A DNA stretch of 64,000 nt from Stegostoma tigrinum (lineage: Eukaryota), in the NCBI RefSeq assembly GCF_030684315.1, contig NC_081362.1:89111022-89175021 (forward strand), written 5' to 3'. Shown piece after piece: positions 1 to 12,207 of the stretch. The translations under genes and the position numbers were made by a program. The notes under the pieces were generated by a model, which was not told where the DNA came from, ran no database searches, and saw only the letters and a list, made by a program, of their open reading frames with translations. Each line of letters starts with the position of its first letter. Position 1 is the first letter of the stretch.

Positions 1-660
1 TTTCTTCATCTCTGCTACATCTGCTCCCAAGATGGGGTGTTCCACTCCCGAACATCCCAGATGTCCTCTTATTTCAAGGACTGCAGCCACCCCCCCCCCA
101 CCCCCAAATCAGGGGTCGAAAGTGCTCTGGAACGCATCTCTTGTGTTTCCCACACCTTGGCCCTCGCATTCCCTCCCTGCAACAAAACCAAAGACAGAAT
201 CACCCCATTAACCTCCGTATTCAACATATCATACTCCGCCACTTTGGCCACCTGCAATCTAACCCCACAACCAAAGATATATTCTCCTCCCCCCAACACC
301 TCTTTCTGTGTTCCATAGGGACTGTTCTGTCCACAGCTCCCTTGTTCGCTCCGCAGACCCCACTACCTCTGCCACCTATCCCAGCAACTGCAGGAAGTGC
401 TACACCTGCCCCTATACCTCCCCCCTCACCTCCATCCAAGGAACAAAACAAACCTTTCAATCAGACAGAGGTTCACCTCCACATCTGTCAACGTGGTCGA
501 TTGCATCCCCTGCTCCCAATGTGGCCTCCTCTACATCGGCGAGAACAAACAGCGGCTTGGAGACCTGTTTGTAGAGCACCTGCGTTCTGTTTGAGACAAA
601 CGTAGCACCTTTCTGTCATGAACCATTTCAACTCCACCTCCCACTCCCTGCATGACATAC
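1..660 (+). mobile_element. Degenerate Penelope-like retroelement fragment (Neptune-like; RT C-terminus, Cys linker, GIY-YIG)
   Basis: Frameshifted translations FHSRTSQMSSYFKD, CRKCYTCPYTS and CSQCGLLYIGENKQRLGDLFVEHLRSV match the ORF at 43791-45152. Confidence 0.85.
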
Positions 661-1212
661 AAGAAGTTGTCTTTTCTGTTGCAGATGATGTCTTTAAATG
701 AAATAAATACTTGAGTACAACTTTCTTGGCTAGCATTCTGAATAATAATTGCTAGGATTTAAATGCAGGGAAAAGCTTGCATTATGCCCGTATGGATACT
801 GCAAAGCACCAGTTTAGCATTTTGACTTTCAGAACTTGTCATGTTAAGACTGTGTTGTAACAATTCAGCGGTGACAGGGCTGTCATTCAGTGGAAGAAAT
901 TTGAAGTAATGAATTAATTCATAAACAATGTGCACAACTATGGCAACACACACATACTTGGGAGCCAATTTTTATTTACTTATTTAGGTTTCCCCTTTTC
1001 ATTGTATGTCAAAACTGTGTCTCGATAAGCTCAACGATAGCTCCAGGGCATTGATGATATTTTGGTTGTGAGAATTAATTGAACCATTTCATAATGGCAT
1101 TAAAAGAAAGGTGGGATAACGGTTACCAAACAGGAGGTAATTGACTTTGATTTGTCTGTTCCTCATTGAGGGTTTAATGCCTTTTTCCTATGCCCCATTT
1201 AGCAGTAACACA

Positions 1213-1676
1213 ATGTCACACTACACAGATGAGCCCAGGTTTACAATTGAACAGATTGACTTGCTGCAGCGACTTCGGAGGAGCGGGATGGCAAAACGTG
1301 ACATAATCCACGCGCTGGAGACCTTGGACCGACTTGACCAAGAGCACTCTGAGAAATTTGGCAAACGGCACACCTACAACAACAGTTCCCACAGCAACAG
1401 CAACAACGTCTCTGCTTCATCCTCGACAGTCACAGCCGCGACACAGACACAGCACAGTGGCGCGTCGCCATCTCCGAGTAACAGCTATGACACCTCACCA
1501 CCACCGTGCAGCACTCATCTGAATGGGCGGGAGAGCTACAGCAACGAGAAACCGCCAGTGGCCAATGGCAGGCTGTCACCTAACCGTTTCCACACAACCA
1601 GTAGCCAGAGGACAGGAAATTTCCATGCCATGGAAGAAGAGACAGACCTGGAAGAAAGGGTTGAAGAGCTTATGAG
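1213..1676 (+). CDS. HMBOX1: HMBOX1 coding exon (HNF1-like N-terminal region); first coding exon visible in the window
   Basis: MSHYTDEPRFTIEQIDLLQRLRRSGM...VEELMR matches recalled HMBOX1; acceptor tag/cag at 1200-1205; GT donor at 1677 (phase 2). Confidence 0.95.
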
Positions 1677-2449
1677 GTTGGTTGAAATGACTATTCAGTT
1701 ATTTTTACTGTTGAGGTTTAAGTCGCCAAAGGCAGCTTTCCATCTTTTGTAGGATAATGACTTGTGTCATGTTAGCCAACTCTGTTGAGCAGTGCCTGGT
1801 GTAGTTGAGGAGCCCCATTAATATATTCAAAACTAGGAAGGTAACCAGCATTTTTGTTTTAAATCTTACAGCAGTAGATTTTAGTGGCTGATGATAAGGG
1901 GATGTGGAACTTAGATACAGAGCCACCATGATTTAATCCAATGGCAGAACAAGCTTGAAGGGGCTGAGCAGCTTCTTCCTGTTTCTGTGTCGCACCGTTA
2001 TTGGGATTCCAATGCAGTGGATGTGTATAGCTGTACTTAAATGTACAGCAGGACAGTCGATTCCGTCCTCTGAGATTTGGCTGGTATTTGAATGGTTTTA
2101 TCATTGGCACATCTCCCAGTGTTTGTGGGTCAGTTATGTCACGCTGAAGTGCTAAAAAGTCTGACAGGCACTAAAACAAGCCAACCAAATGGCTGTGTTT
2201 AAAAACAGAATTTTGAAGGCAAAAGCAGGATTTGAGAGTGGGGTACTCCTCACTGTTACAAACTTAGAGTCTTTACAGGTTGGAATATCCCTTACTCATA
2301 ATAAGGTAGTTCTGTTTTAATGCATTAATCGACCAACCCATTTGTTACTTGGAAACAGAGATGGCAAGAAATTCACTCTCCAAAACTTTGAAACGTTACA
2401 TAGAAACCTTTAATGTTATTTTTTCCCTCCTCTTGTTTGCGTTCTGTAG

Positions 2450-2535
2450 GAGGGACGGCACTGCTGTTAAAGAAGAGATAAAGAGCTTTCTTTCTAATCG
2501 GATGATTTCCCAGACTATCGTGGGCCAGGTCACAG
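2450..2535 (+). CDS. HMBOX1: HMBOX1 coding exon (POU-specific-like domain, part 1)
   Basis: ctgtag|G AGG GAC... translates RDGTAVKEEIKSFLSNRMISQTIVGQVT; donor gtgag; phase consistent. Confidence 0.93.
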
Positions 2536-3217
2536 GTGAGGAGGCAGCTAGCCCAACCTGTGCTTGAGATTGATGTGCTTTTTATAAAGAAAAATACTCA
2601 AAACTCTTCTGAACTATGCAACCAGTTTGTTGTACTATAAACCTGTTGAGTCTTTGAAAATGTATGTAAAACTTCCTGATTCACATGGACCCACCTGGTT
2701 AGTTGTAACTTTATGCCAAGCTTTTTACTTCGTACAGTTAACACCAGCACAACAGGAGCAAGTGGTGAAGAGTGAAATGAACCCAACAGTGAAACCAGCA
2801 TGAGAAGGAAGAAAGTCCATATTGGGTTGGGGTGTGTCCTTCCTGTTCCAGGAGTTGCTAAGAAGCTTATTACAACTGCAGCTACGTGTCTGCTAAGAAC
2901 TTCCATACAGTTCAAGTTAAAAATGTAAAACTCACTTTATATTTGTGGCCACATGACAAGAGGAAGGCGTGGATGTTGTCTAAATATAGCAACTGAAAGA
3001 CCATACTGGCAGGACAGAGAAACAGACTTTATTTTATATATCCAAAAGTGCTTCACAGCTGACAGTTTTCAAAATATTTGTTTTGCCGTGCGCTCACAAG
3101 TTAACACATTAATTTGTCTTCCATCTCATTGCTGTTTGTTGGATGTTGCTGGTGTCAAAACAGCTGTTACATTTTCCTAAATGACAGCAGTCACTGCACT
3201 TGAGAACCAATTGAGAA

Positions 3218-3321
3218 TCAATTAAGTTGATTGATTTGACTTATTGTCACGTGTATCTTAGTACTTTGTTCACTGTACTCAGTTACATGTGACAATAAAT
3301 CAAATCGATCAATTAACTTGA
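3218..3321. repeat. Short hairpin (29-bp inverted arms) flanked by 13-bp near-direct repeats
   Basis: 3227-3255 vs reverse complement of 3284-3312: 26/29 identical; tcaattaagttga / tcaattaacttga flank it. Confidence 0.7.
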
Positions 3322-3817
3322 CAAATTGGTGAAATGTTATGTGCTATAGCACCATGTAAATTAACTTTTCTCTTTGAATTCACTGTTTGGAACCCAACCT
3401 CCACCGTAACTGAGTAATTCCAGATCAGGAGATGGTGGAGTTCTTGGATTCATTTGTCCAAGAAGTACATCATCCTTTTTGCTTTGGGAACTTCAAGTTG
3501 GCTCCAACAGCACCTGATCACTGGCTTGAGGAAAGGAAGAATGGACCTTTCCTTTCACTCCATTTCCCTTTCAGCCAAGTCCAACTGCATGTTCGAGCTT
3601 GGCTGTGAAGCTGTCTGTAACAGTTATTATGTAGGTTCCTACAGTGACTGGGAATCAACAGCAATGGTTGCTTGGCTGAGGTGCCAAAATGCTGCCATGG
3701 GACTATTTCAGGATGAGAGAGAAGGAACCAAATTCATTTCGAGGGGAAAAAGAAATGCCAGCCAGTGGTCCAAGTGTGCAAAGCATTAACTGCATGGCAT
3801 CTTTTCTATGGTTGCAG

Positions 3818-3928
3818 GCATGAGTCGAAGCTTCATTTCCCAGTGGCTCTTGCAGCAAGGACTTGACATGAGTGAACCCAAGAAGCGGACTTTATACAGA
3901 TGGTATCTCCTGGAGAAGATGAATCCAG
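3818..3928 (+). CDS. HMBOX1: HMBOX1 coding exon (POU-specific-like domain, part 2)
   Basis: ttgcag|GC ATG... translates GMSRSFISQWLLQQGLDMSEPKKRTLYRWYLLEKMNP; donor gtatt; 111 nt; not in the ORF track. Confidence 0.92.
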
Positions 3929-4224
3929 GTATTGGATAACTCAGGTTTACTTCTAAACACTCTATTGCCACTTCTGTATTGCCAACACTCTGTGGTCTCA
4001 GACCAGGTCTGAATTGGGGCTCTGTCAGCAGAGCCCTATCTCCGGGCATAGTCAGATGAAGTGGACGTTTGGTTGCAGGGTGAAGAGTTTACAATGTTCA
4101 GTTGAGACTTTACCGTGGAAATATAGTTACAGATTTTGCAGGCAAAAGGTCAATGGCCACAGACAGTTGTTGAGTTGATGCTCAACTCCAGCCAAGAGAG
4201 TTGAATTAACCCAAATACACACAT

Positions 4225-4985
4225 GCAGCAAGACCTGGAAAACGTGCAGGCTTAGGCTAATAATTGACAAGAAACTGTCATGCATGCAATTGATAGGCAA
4301 TGACTGTCTCCAACAAAAGAGAATTTACCCATTACCCCTTGATGGTTAATGGCATTACTATCCCTGAGTTCCTCACTATCAATATTTTGGAAGGATGTTG
4401 GCTTCCATTGATCAGAAACTGAAGTGGGACAACCTGTAAATGTTGAAGTTATATAAATAGGTTAGAGATCTGGAATTCCGAAGCCAGAAGCTTGACTCAT
4501 ATTTTCCTTAATGCCTGTGGTGCTGTAGCAAAACTCTTAAAGGTTGACACCAACCAGGACAAAGCAGTGTGCTTGATTGGTACCCCATCCTCCACCTTTA
4601 ATATTCAATCCCTCCACCACCTATGCACAGTGGCAGTAAATGGGACCATCTGCAAGATGTACTGCAATAATTCAGTCATGTTCCTTCGACAGCACTTTCC
4701 AAACCTCTGACGACTACTTCCTGGAAGGACAAGTACAACAAGTGATTGGGAACGCCACCACCTGCAAGTTCCCCTCTAAGCTGCATACTGTCCTAACATG
4801 GAACTAAATCACTGTTTTATCACTTGGTCAAAATCCTGGAAAACCCGCCCTGACTAAGTGTGTCCCTACATAACATGACTGCTGAGGTTCAAGAAGGCAG
4901 CTCACCACTGCCATTAGCCCCAGGGCAATTAGGAATAGTCAATAAATGATGGCCTCGCCATTAACACCCACATCTGTCCAACAAA
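4225..4985 (+). mobile_element. CR1/L2-group LINE 3' fragment
   Basis: Similar to the LINE at 19848-22510 and to 47885-48490 (QDKAVCLIG motif, gcagctcaccac...ggcaattagg 3' tail). Confidence 0.7.
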
Positions 4986-5483
4986 TAATCCTGATTGGTA
5001 TTTGATTTCAGTTTTCCTTTGTGACACTAAGGCGGAGTCGAGATACGGACTTCTTTAAGACCGAAAAAGAAAAGGTCAGAAGTAGTGACCATGTGATAAC
5101 AAGCTTGGGTTTGAAGATTTTAGATATAGCAGGAAAGAAAAGCTTGAGAAGTGAAAAGTTCGAATTTTGGGCACCTGGGAATCAGTGCATGAAAATGAAA
5201 GATGGGCAGTTTGAAATCAAGTTTGCCTTAATCCTCCAACCACGAAAATTTCTTGGCTTTGAGTATGCCTTCAATTGGCTGACTTGTAGAGGATGGTTAT
5301 TTTGCATTTCAGAGAAGTATAGATCCAGGCTAGAACCCACAATTGAAATGTCAAATGTAAAGATGAGAATGTTTTAGAAATTGCAGCCAACTAAGGGAAT
5401 GACAGACTCGTTGCTGAAAAAAATCGTTCCTTCGAGCTGGTATTTTGATTGTTGAGTGTCTTTCCTTTTTTTTTTGTTTGGAG

Positions 5484-5637
5484 GAGCTACCCTAAACATG
5501 AGGCCGGCCTCATCCACCACAGAGGAACCAGAGTGGAAACAGTCAACACCACCTGTTGGTGCCACGTCAGGCAACTTCCGTCTCCGAAGGGGCAGCCGAT
5601 TCACCTGGCGGAAGGAGTGCCTAACTGTCATGGAAAG
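5484..5637 (+). CDS. HMBOX1: HMBOX1 coding exon (start of homeodomain)
   Basis: GATLNMRPASSTTEEPEWKQSTPPVGATSGNFRLRRGSRFTWRKECLTVME; long poly-T tract then GAG acceptor; donor gtacc. Confidence 0.92.
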
Positions 5638-6316
5638 GTACCTGCTGCTACCCCAGCTCCTTGTTTCGTTGTCATTGTCGTTGCATTGATGCACGTTCAC
5701 ATGCACGTGATGCATTATGATAGTGTGTGAGTTTGATATTAAACACTTCAGCAGTTGCTGCAGTCTGAGTGCAAACACACCCTCGGGGTTTTGACAGCAG
5801 AAGTTCTGAGAGCATTATCCATCAGGAGCTGTACAAATGTGGTGGTCCTACTCGATCATGATATGGGTCTGTGCTGATGTCAAAGGTTTCAACGCTGAAT
5901 GTAGCACAGCTACTTAGATGAATCTTATCCCTGCATTAAATGCTGTTAAATCTATTTTGAGTGGTGATATCCTTGAAAATGAGGCCCAGCGTAACTGTTC
6001 ATACTGCAGGTCAACTTCACTGAATTCCCATTGTTCTTCTCACAGCCTTATTTCATTTGTGTTGTACACAAACAGCAGAATAGCCCATTAATTTGCAGTG
6101 TTCCCTATTCCCCTGCTGCAGTGTCACAGTTTCTGGTACTCCAAACATTCAGCTGATTCTTGGTGAAGTAGGTTCTCTGAATGACAGGAGCAAGGTGCAT
6201 CATGGGAACTGCGGTAGTTGCACAGTAAAGAAATACACATCTGAAATTTAAAGCATATTGAGTAAAATCTAGCTGTAATATTATTATGTAACTGTAACCT
6301 TCTTTCCTTTATTCAG

Positions 6317-6399
6317 TTACTTCAATGATAACCAATACCCAGATGAAGCTAAGAGAGAGGAGATTTCAAATGCTTGTAATGCAGTTATACAGAAACCAG
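6317..6399 (+). CDS. HMBOX1: HMBOX1 coding exon (homeodomain)
   Basis: attcag|T TAC... translates SYFNDNQYPDEAKREEISNACNAVIQKP; donor gtacag. Confidence 0.94.
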
Positions 6400-6739
6400 G
6401 TACAGAACAGTGTGTTTATGATGACGATTTGGACATGACAATTAATGTCACTTGGGCTCAGGTTTTGCTGTTGTCAGTCCGACTCAAAAGGTTCTGGGTT
6501 CATCTCCCACTCCAGAGATTTAAACACAAATTTTCTGTTTGATACGCCAGCACGTACTAAGTGCTACAGTGTCAGCGTTGTTACTGTTCAGAGAGATTAA
6601 ACTAATCTTCTCCACCAACCCAGTGCTCTCACGCAGATGTCAAGGTCCATGGCCATCTCTTCACACGAGTTATCCTCTCTTCTGGCCAATATTTATCAAC
6701 ATCTCAAAGTCAGAAATTGGTACTGAGACATTTCTAAAT

Positions 6740-7800
6740 AAAAACCAAAACAGGTGCGGATGCTCTAAATCAGGAACAAAAAGGTGGTTGCTGGAAAAGC
6801 TCAGCTGGTCTAGCAGCATCTGTGAAGGAGAAAACAGTTAATGTTTCGGGTCTAGTGACCCTTCCTCAGAACTGATGGTGGTTGGGAAAATGTCAGTTTG
6901 TATGCAGAAAATAGGGAGGTGGGTGGGGTAGGGAGTAAACGATGGGATAGAGCCCAAAGAGAGAGAAAGACAGTTGGGTAGACAAAGGAGTTGCTAACAA
7001 TCAGGCTGGGAAGCTGAGTAGTTGTTAAGGGGACTGTTAGTGACTAACAACAGGGGGTATGTAGTGGCAGGCTATGTGGTAACAAAACCTGGTGTCTGGG
7101 TGGGGGCCTGGGACATGGGAGAGTTTAGGCCCTAAAATTAGTGAACTCAATATTGCGTCTGGAGGGCTGTAGGGTCCCCAAGCGGAAAATCAGGTGTTGT
7201 TCCTCCAGCTTGCGTTGAGATTCACTGGAACACTGTAGCAAGCCAGAGACGGAGATTGGCCAGGGACCAGGATGGTGCATTGAAGAGGCAGGCAACAGAT
7301 AGTTGGGTTTTTTTTTTGCGAGCAGAACGTAGCTGTTCTGCGAAGCGGTCGCCAACTGTATTCTTCGTTGCCCTAGTGTAGCGGACATCACGTTGTGAGC
7401 AGCAAATGCGGTAGACTAGATTCTTGCAAGTGCAGGTGAAGTGTTCTTTCACTTGGAAGGTAGGATTGGGCCCTTGGATTCTGGGGAGGGAGTAAGTAAA
7501 TGGGCAGGTGTTGCACCTTTGCCGGTTACAGGGAAAGGTGCCGTAGGGCTGCGGGGAGGTATTGGGGTAGAAGGATGTGTGGACCAGGGTGTCCCAGAGG
7601 GAACGGTCCCTTGGAAAGCGGACAAGGGAGAGGAGGGGAATATGCGTCTGGTGGTGACATCTTGTTGGAGGTAGTGGAAATCACATCTGATGATCTTGTG
7701 GATGTGGATGCTGGTGGGATGGTAGGTGACAAGGGGAACCTTATCACTGTTGCGGGAGGGAAGAGACGTGAGGGCAGAAGTGCGGGAGATGGGTCGTGCA
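6740..7800 (-). mobile_element. Neptune-like Penelope element 3' part (GIY-YIG and terminus), degenerate
   Basis: Minus-strand translations HFTCTCKNLVYRICCSQ and RKLEEQHLIFRLGTLQPSRRNIEFTNF; terminus with degenerate hammerhead core near 6840-6870. Confidence 0.85.
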
Positions 7801-8258
7801 AGACTTTCAGTACATAGGAAAAGGCAGATTGCTGATTTTGAACAGAAACCTGGTAGCTGTTATTGGAGACTGTGGGATATTTTCTATTTCATCTGCCTCA
7901 GACCTCCGCTTGAGAGGCTACCCGCAAACCCCTCTGCCTCTCTGCTCTTGGTTGAAAAAAAACTACTTCTTTGATCAGGTTTTAGACCATGTGTTCTCAT
8001 TTTCTTACTATGTCCTTGGTGTCCGAGTTTGAATTGTACCATTCTTGTGAAGCACCTAGGATGTTTTGTCACAGAAAAGTGCTATTCAAGGATGGGTTAT
8101 TGCTTTTGTAGGAAACATTTTGTAGTAGGACCTTTCAGCTCTGGTACAGAGTTTAGGATGTTTCCCTGTCCTTTTCTCTTCAGTTAGAAGGCAGCTGCTT
8201 GTTGTTGTTGTTTTTTTTGTTTTGGAGAATCAAGTAACGCATTTTGCTATTGTTGTAG

Positions 8259-8354
8259 GTAGGAAGCTGACAGAGTCCGAGCGAGTGACCCCTCTCAAAG
8301 TCTACAACTGGTTTGCCAATCGCAGGAAGGAGATCAAGAGGAGGGCAAATATTG
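8259..8354 (+). CDS. HMBOX1: HMBOX1 coding exon (homeodomain recognition helix)
   Basis: ttgtag|GT AGG... translates GRKLTESERVTPLKVYNWFANRRKEIKRRANI; donor gtaatg. Confidence 0.95.
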
Positions 8355-10163
8355 GTAATGTTGTTGAAGACAATGTGGAGAGGATTTAGCAAAAAGAGTG
8401 TGCTGGAAGGAAAATGCCTGATCTGCAGCCAAACCTGCAAGGAGGTTATAATGTCATTGTTCTTCTAGCTCAGTGTTACAGTAGAATTACATACAGGACA
8501 GAAACTTACTATTTTGACCCACTTTTCATCCTCAGCATCAGCCTACTCCCATTCCATTGCTCTCATTTCAGCCTTTCATCATTTTTTTTTCTATTCTCTT
8601 CCACGTACTCATCTAATTTCCTTTTGAAATACTTGAAGGTATTTGCTTCAGCATTTCCTGAGTTGACAAGTTCCATGTTCTACCTACTTGGATTTATTAG
8701 CAACTAAATCTTGTATTTATGGTCCCTGGTTTTGTATTCTCTCTCAAGCGCAAACATTTGTTTGACATCTGTCCTCTCCAACACATTCAAAGTTTAAAAA
8801 TCTCTGAGAGGACGTCCATTTTCTGAAGGGAAAAATGCTGATCTTTTCAATCTTTCCTGATAGCTCTGATCTCCTACTTCTGGCACCAACCTTAAATCTT
8901 ATCTGCACATTCTCTTGCCCTTTCATTTCCTTTTTGTTTCTCTTGTGGATAATAACATTAATTTATTTCTATTTCTTTTTGACATTCTCTTTGGTTATCT
9001 TATCTATTCCTTATACCCGACACCTTTCGCTGAGGTACTGTAGATAATAGCAGTGTTCCAGTGTCTTGTCCAAATGACATGTGAGCTTCGTCTGGGCTTT
9101 TGTAGTCCCCATCCAGTGTTCATTCATGCACGCTATACAGTGAGAATATGAACATTGTGATCAAGAACAAGGACCCTCACTGATGCACGTCACCTTCCTT
9201 CTAGCCTCAGAGAGTTAAGGTCAATAATTAGGCTCCTTGTGCTGCTCCACCAAGAAATTGAAATATGGAATTAGAGTTTTTTGACATTGTGTGCCTCACT
9301 AAAGCTTACACCATCACAACAGCAGTGACTCAGAATATTCATTCGCTGAATGTGGGCATTCAGTATTTATTGCCAACCCTTGTTGCCCTTGAGAAGATGG
9401 TGGTGAGTTTCCTCCTTAAACAGTGTAGTTCACTTTCAGGTAACAGAAGCAACGTCCGGCAGTAATAGTGCTGCAACTTGCTAGCACTGTCAGTACTATT
9501 CTGCTCCAGCTGTCCCAGAAATGGAAAGAGTTTTGCTATCAAAGTTCTGTCCTCCCACTTGGGGTGGGAACTGACAGTTTTTCCTGCATTTAAGCCAAAT
9601 TTCAGTCTGTTAACACTGTGTTTAAAGACACATTCTCTTATTTCATTTAGATGATTTGCTAAAATGTTTTTCTAATCCAGGCAGTGTTGCGACAATAGCT
9701 TGCGTCACATGCCTGAAAACACTTGGTGCTTTGCCTGTTCCTGTCAATCCCATTACCAGCTGTTCATGGTCACAGTTTACACAAACACCTGAGATAGTAC
9801 TTCTCATTTTAAAAGCAGCCTGCAGGTGTAAGGTGCATTTGGTTTTCTTCCTCTGTTAACAATTTGTAGCTGCTTGCACTTGGGCTTATATTTATTCCGC
9901 TAACCAGCACCCTACACCCAACATGTCATCTTTTTCTGTAGCAGACAATGGGGCTTTCTGGGACACTCCATAAGATATAGGAGCAGAAGTAGGCCATTTG
10001 GTCCATCAAGTTTGCTCTGCTGTTCAGTCATGGCAGATATGTTTCTCTGCCCCATTTTTCTGCCTTCTCCTTATAACTTTTGATCCCATTACTCCCCTCA
10101 GCATAGTGTTTATTTTTGGTGTGGCAAGATTATTTTCTTATGGAGAATTTTGCTTTTTCAAAG

Positions 10164-10258
10164 AAGCAGCAATCCTAGAAACTCATGGCATCGATGTGCA
10201 AAGCCCAGGTGGACATTCCAATAGTGACGATATCGATGGGAGTGATTTCCTGGAGCAG
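10164..10258 (+). CDS. HMBOX1: HMBOX1 coding exon
   Basis: EAAILETHGIDVQSPGGHSNSDDIDGSDFLEQ; acceptor tcaaag; donor gtagag. Confidence 0.93.
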
Positions 10259-10899
10259 GTAGAGAATGTTCTTTATTTTATGTTGGATTGTCAACCCATG
10301 TGGAAACTTCAGAAATATTTCCTCTCTTTATTTAAAAGCCCTGTCAATTAACTGCAAACACCATTTCTTTCCACAAACTAGAATGAGGAACATCTTCCCA
10401 TATCCAGTTTTCTTTTGAACATTACAATCAAACCTGTTTTCATCCCCTTTCAATCAGCACATTCTAGATCACAAAACCAAAACATTGGTTCCTTTCAGCT
10501 GGTGTTTTGTATCCAATTCGGGGCACTCTGCTCTCTTTTTAAAGAAAAAGTTTAAAAATTGATGGGCAGGACAATTTCTTCTTCACATCCCTCTGGTTCT
10601 TTAACAACTCACCTTTTAAAAGTCTTTATCCACTGTTTACTGAGCGTTACCAGTGGAAACAGTTTATAATTATTCCCACTATCAAATGTTCTCTTAACTT
10701 ACTGTATTCTAAAGAAAATTCCTCCACGTGTGTAGTCTTCGCTCAAGTCCCTGGTACCTGATAAGTGGAAATCACTCTGAAACAGAATTCAGATGGAGCT
10801 TTTCTTTAAAATAATATTACACACGTGTAGTCTTGCTGATCTCTTGCCTCGAGTCTCTGCTGTCCCCTTTACAGTTTTTTTTTCAATCAATCTGTTCAG

Positions 10900-11300
10900 A
10901 TCCTGCATTTGCCCATTATCCTTGATCTTCCCCAACTGATCGGGAATCTGGTTTAGCCTTTAATATATTTTTAAGGACTCTGCCCTGACAGCTTTCTGTG
11001 GCCAGGTGTTCCAAAGACACTTAAACCTCTAAGGGAAGAAATTCCTCCTTATCTCAGTCTTGAATTGGCACCCCTTTTTTCTAAAACTATGCTAACTCGT
11101 CCTACTCTCTTCCCATGAAAGGGAGCATCCTGTCAGCATTTACCCTGACAGCCCCCTTAAGAATCCTATATGTTTCAATAAGACCACTTCTCATTCTTCT
11201 AAACTCCAGTGAGTAGTGTCCCAACTTGTTTATCCTTTGCATGTAAGACAGTCCCTCCATACTGGGAATCATTGTTGTCAGCTTCTTCGAACTGCCTTCA
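10900..11300 (-). mobile_element. CR1-like LINE RT C-terminal fragment
   Basis: Minus ORF 11102-11449 contains MIPSMEGLSYMQRINKLGHYSLEFRRMRSGLIETYRIL, homologous to 62992-63462. Confidence 0.8.
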
Positions 11301-12207
11301 ATGAAATAATATCTTGTCTTAATTAGCATGTAATTACACATCTCCGTGGCCATTACACCCTGAGGTGGAGCTAGAGGTAGAGACACTACCATAAAACCTT
11401 CTGCTGTCTCTGAACGCACATTTAAAAAAAAATCAGTAAACACCCACACCTTTCACCTGCTTACCCTGGACCATCATTGATGTGATATTAGCATACCATT
11501 CTGGTGAAACCTCTTTTGAACCCACTCCATGGCCTTCACACCTTCCTTGAAGTGTGGTGCCCAGAATTGGGAAATATCTCTCCTGCTGAAACCGAGCCAG
11601 AGTTTTGGAAACATCATGAGTTGATCATCAAATCTGGCAAATTGCAAATGCGCACTTTGGAAAGTCATAATTGTGAAAGTTGCAGCCAGTTGCAAAACCT
11701 CCAATTTATTCATGTCCTGCCTTCCTGAGAAAGGAAAATGCAGGTTCCTCAAACGTGCCCCCAACTCATGATGGTTAGAATATCACAACCAGACATCTCC
11801 CACCACCAAATCATCTCTTGCAATAGTAAAAAAAAATCAGATGAAACTGGAGGCAATCAATAGTTCTCTAAACTATTTGCCTGTGACTGCTTTAGGCTAT
11901 TGAAACAGTTGTGAGATGCCTGCAGTTGGCACCCCCTTCTTGTTGGGTCTTTGGGTAGGTTTACAAGAAGAGGTGAGGGCAGCCATGCGAGTCTGTTGTG
12001 CTTAATAGTATTAAATGAAAGATTAACCATTATTACACTTCCTTGGAGGAAGTATGTTCTTGAGTATGAGAAGTATTTTATTATGTGATGGTAAGATAAC
12101 AGTTTCTGGTTAACAACATTAACGCTAGGTAAGAGATAGTAACTAGGTCAAGGCTACGTGGCTGTAGAAGGCAGAAGTAATGACAAACTAGAACCAACTG
12201 AACTGAG

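Noticed and set aside
1141-1752. 203-aa ORF as a single-exon gene
   Set aside because: Only 1213-1676 matches HMBOX1; both ends are intronic read-through past splice sites
9080-9260. Possible ancient SINE relics (also about 6450-6720 and 59200-59360)
   Set aside because: Resemblance is from memory only and too degenerate to support without alignment
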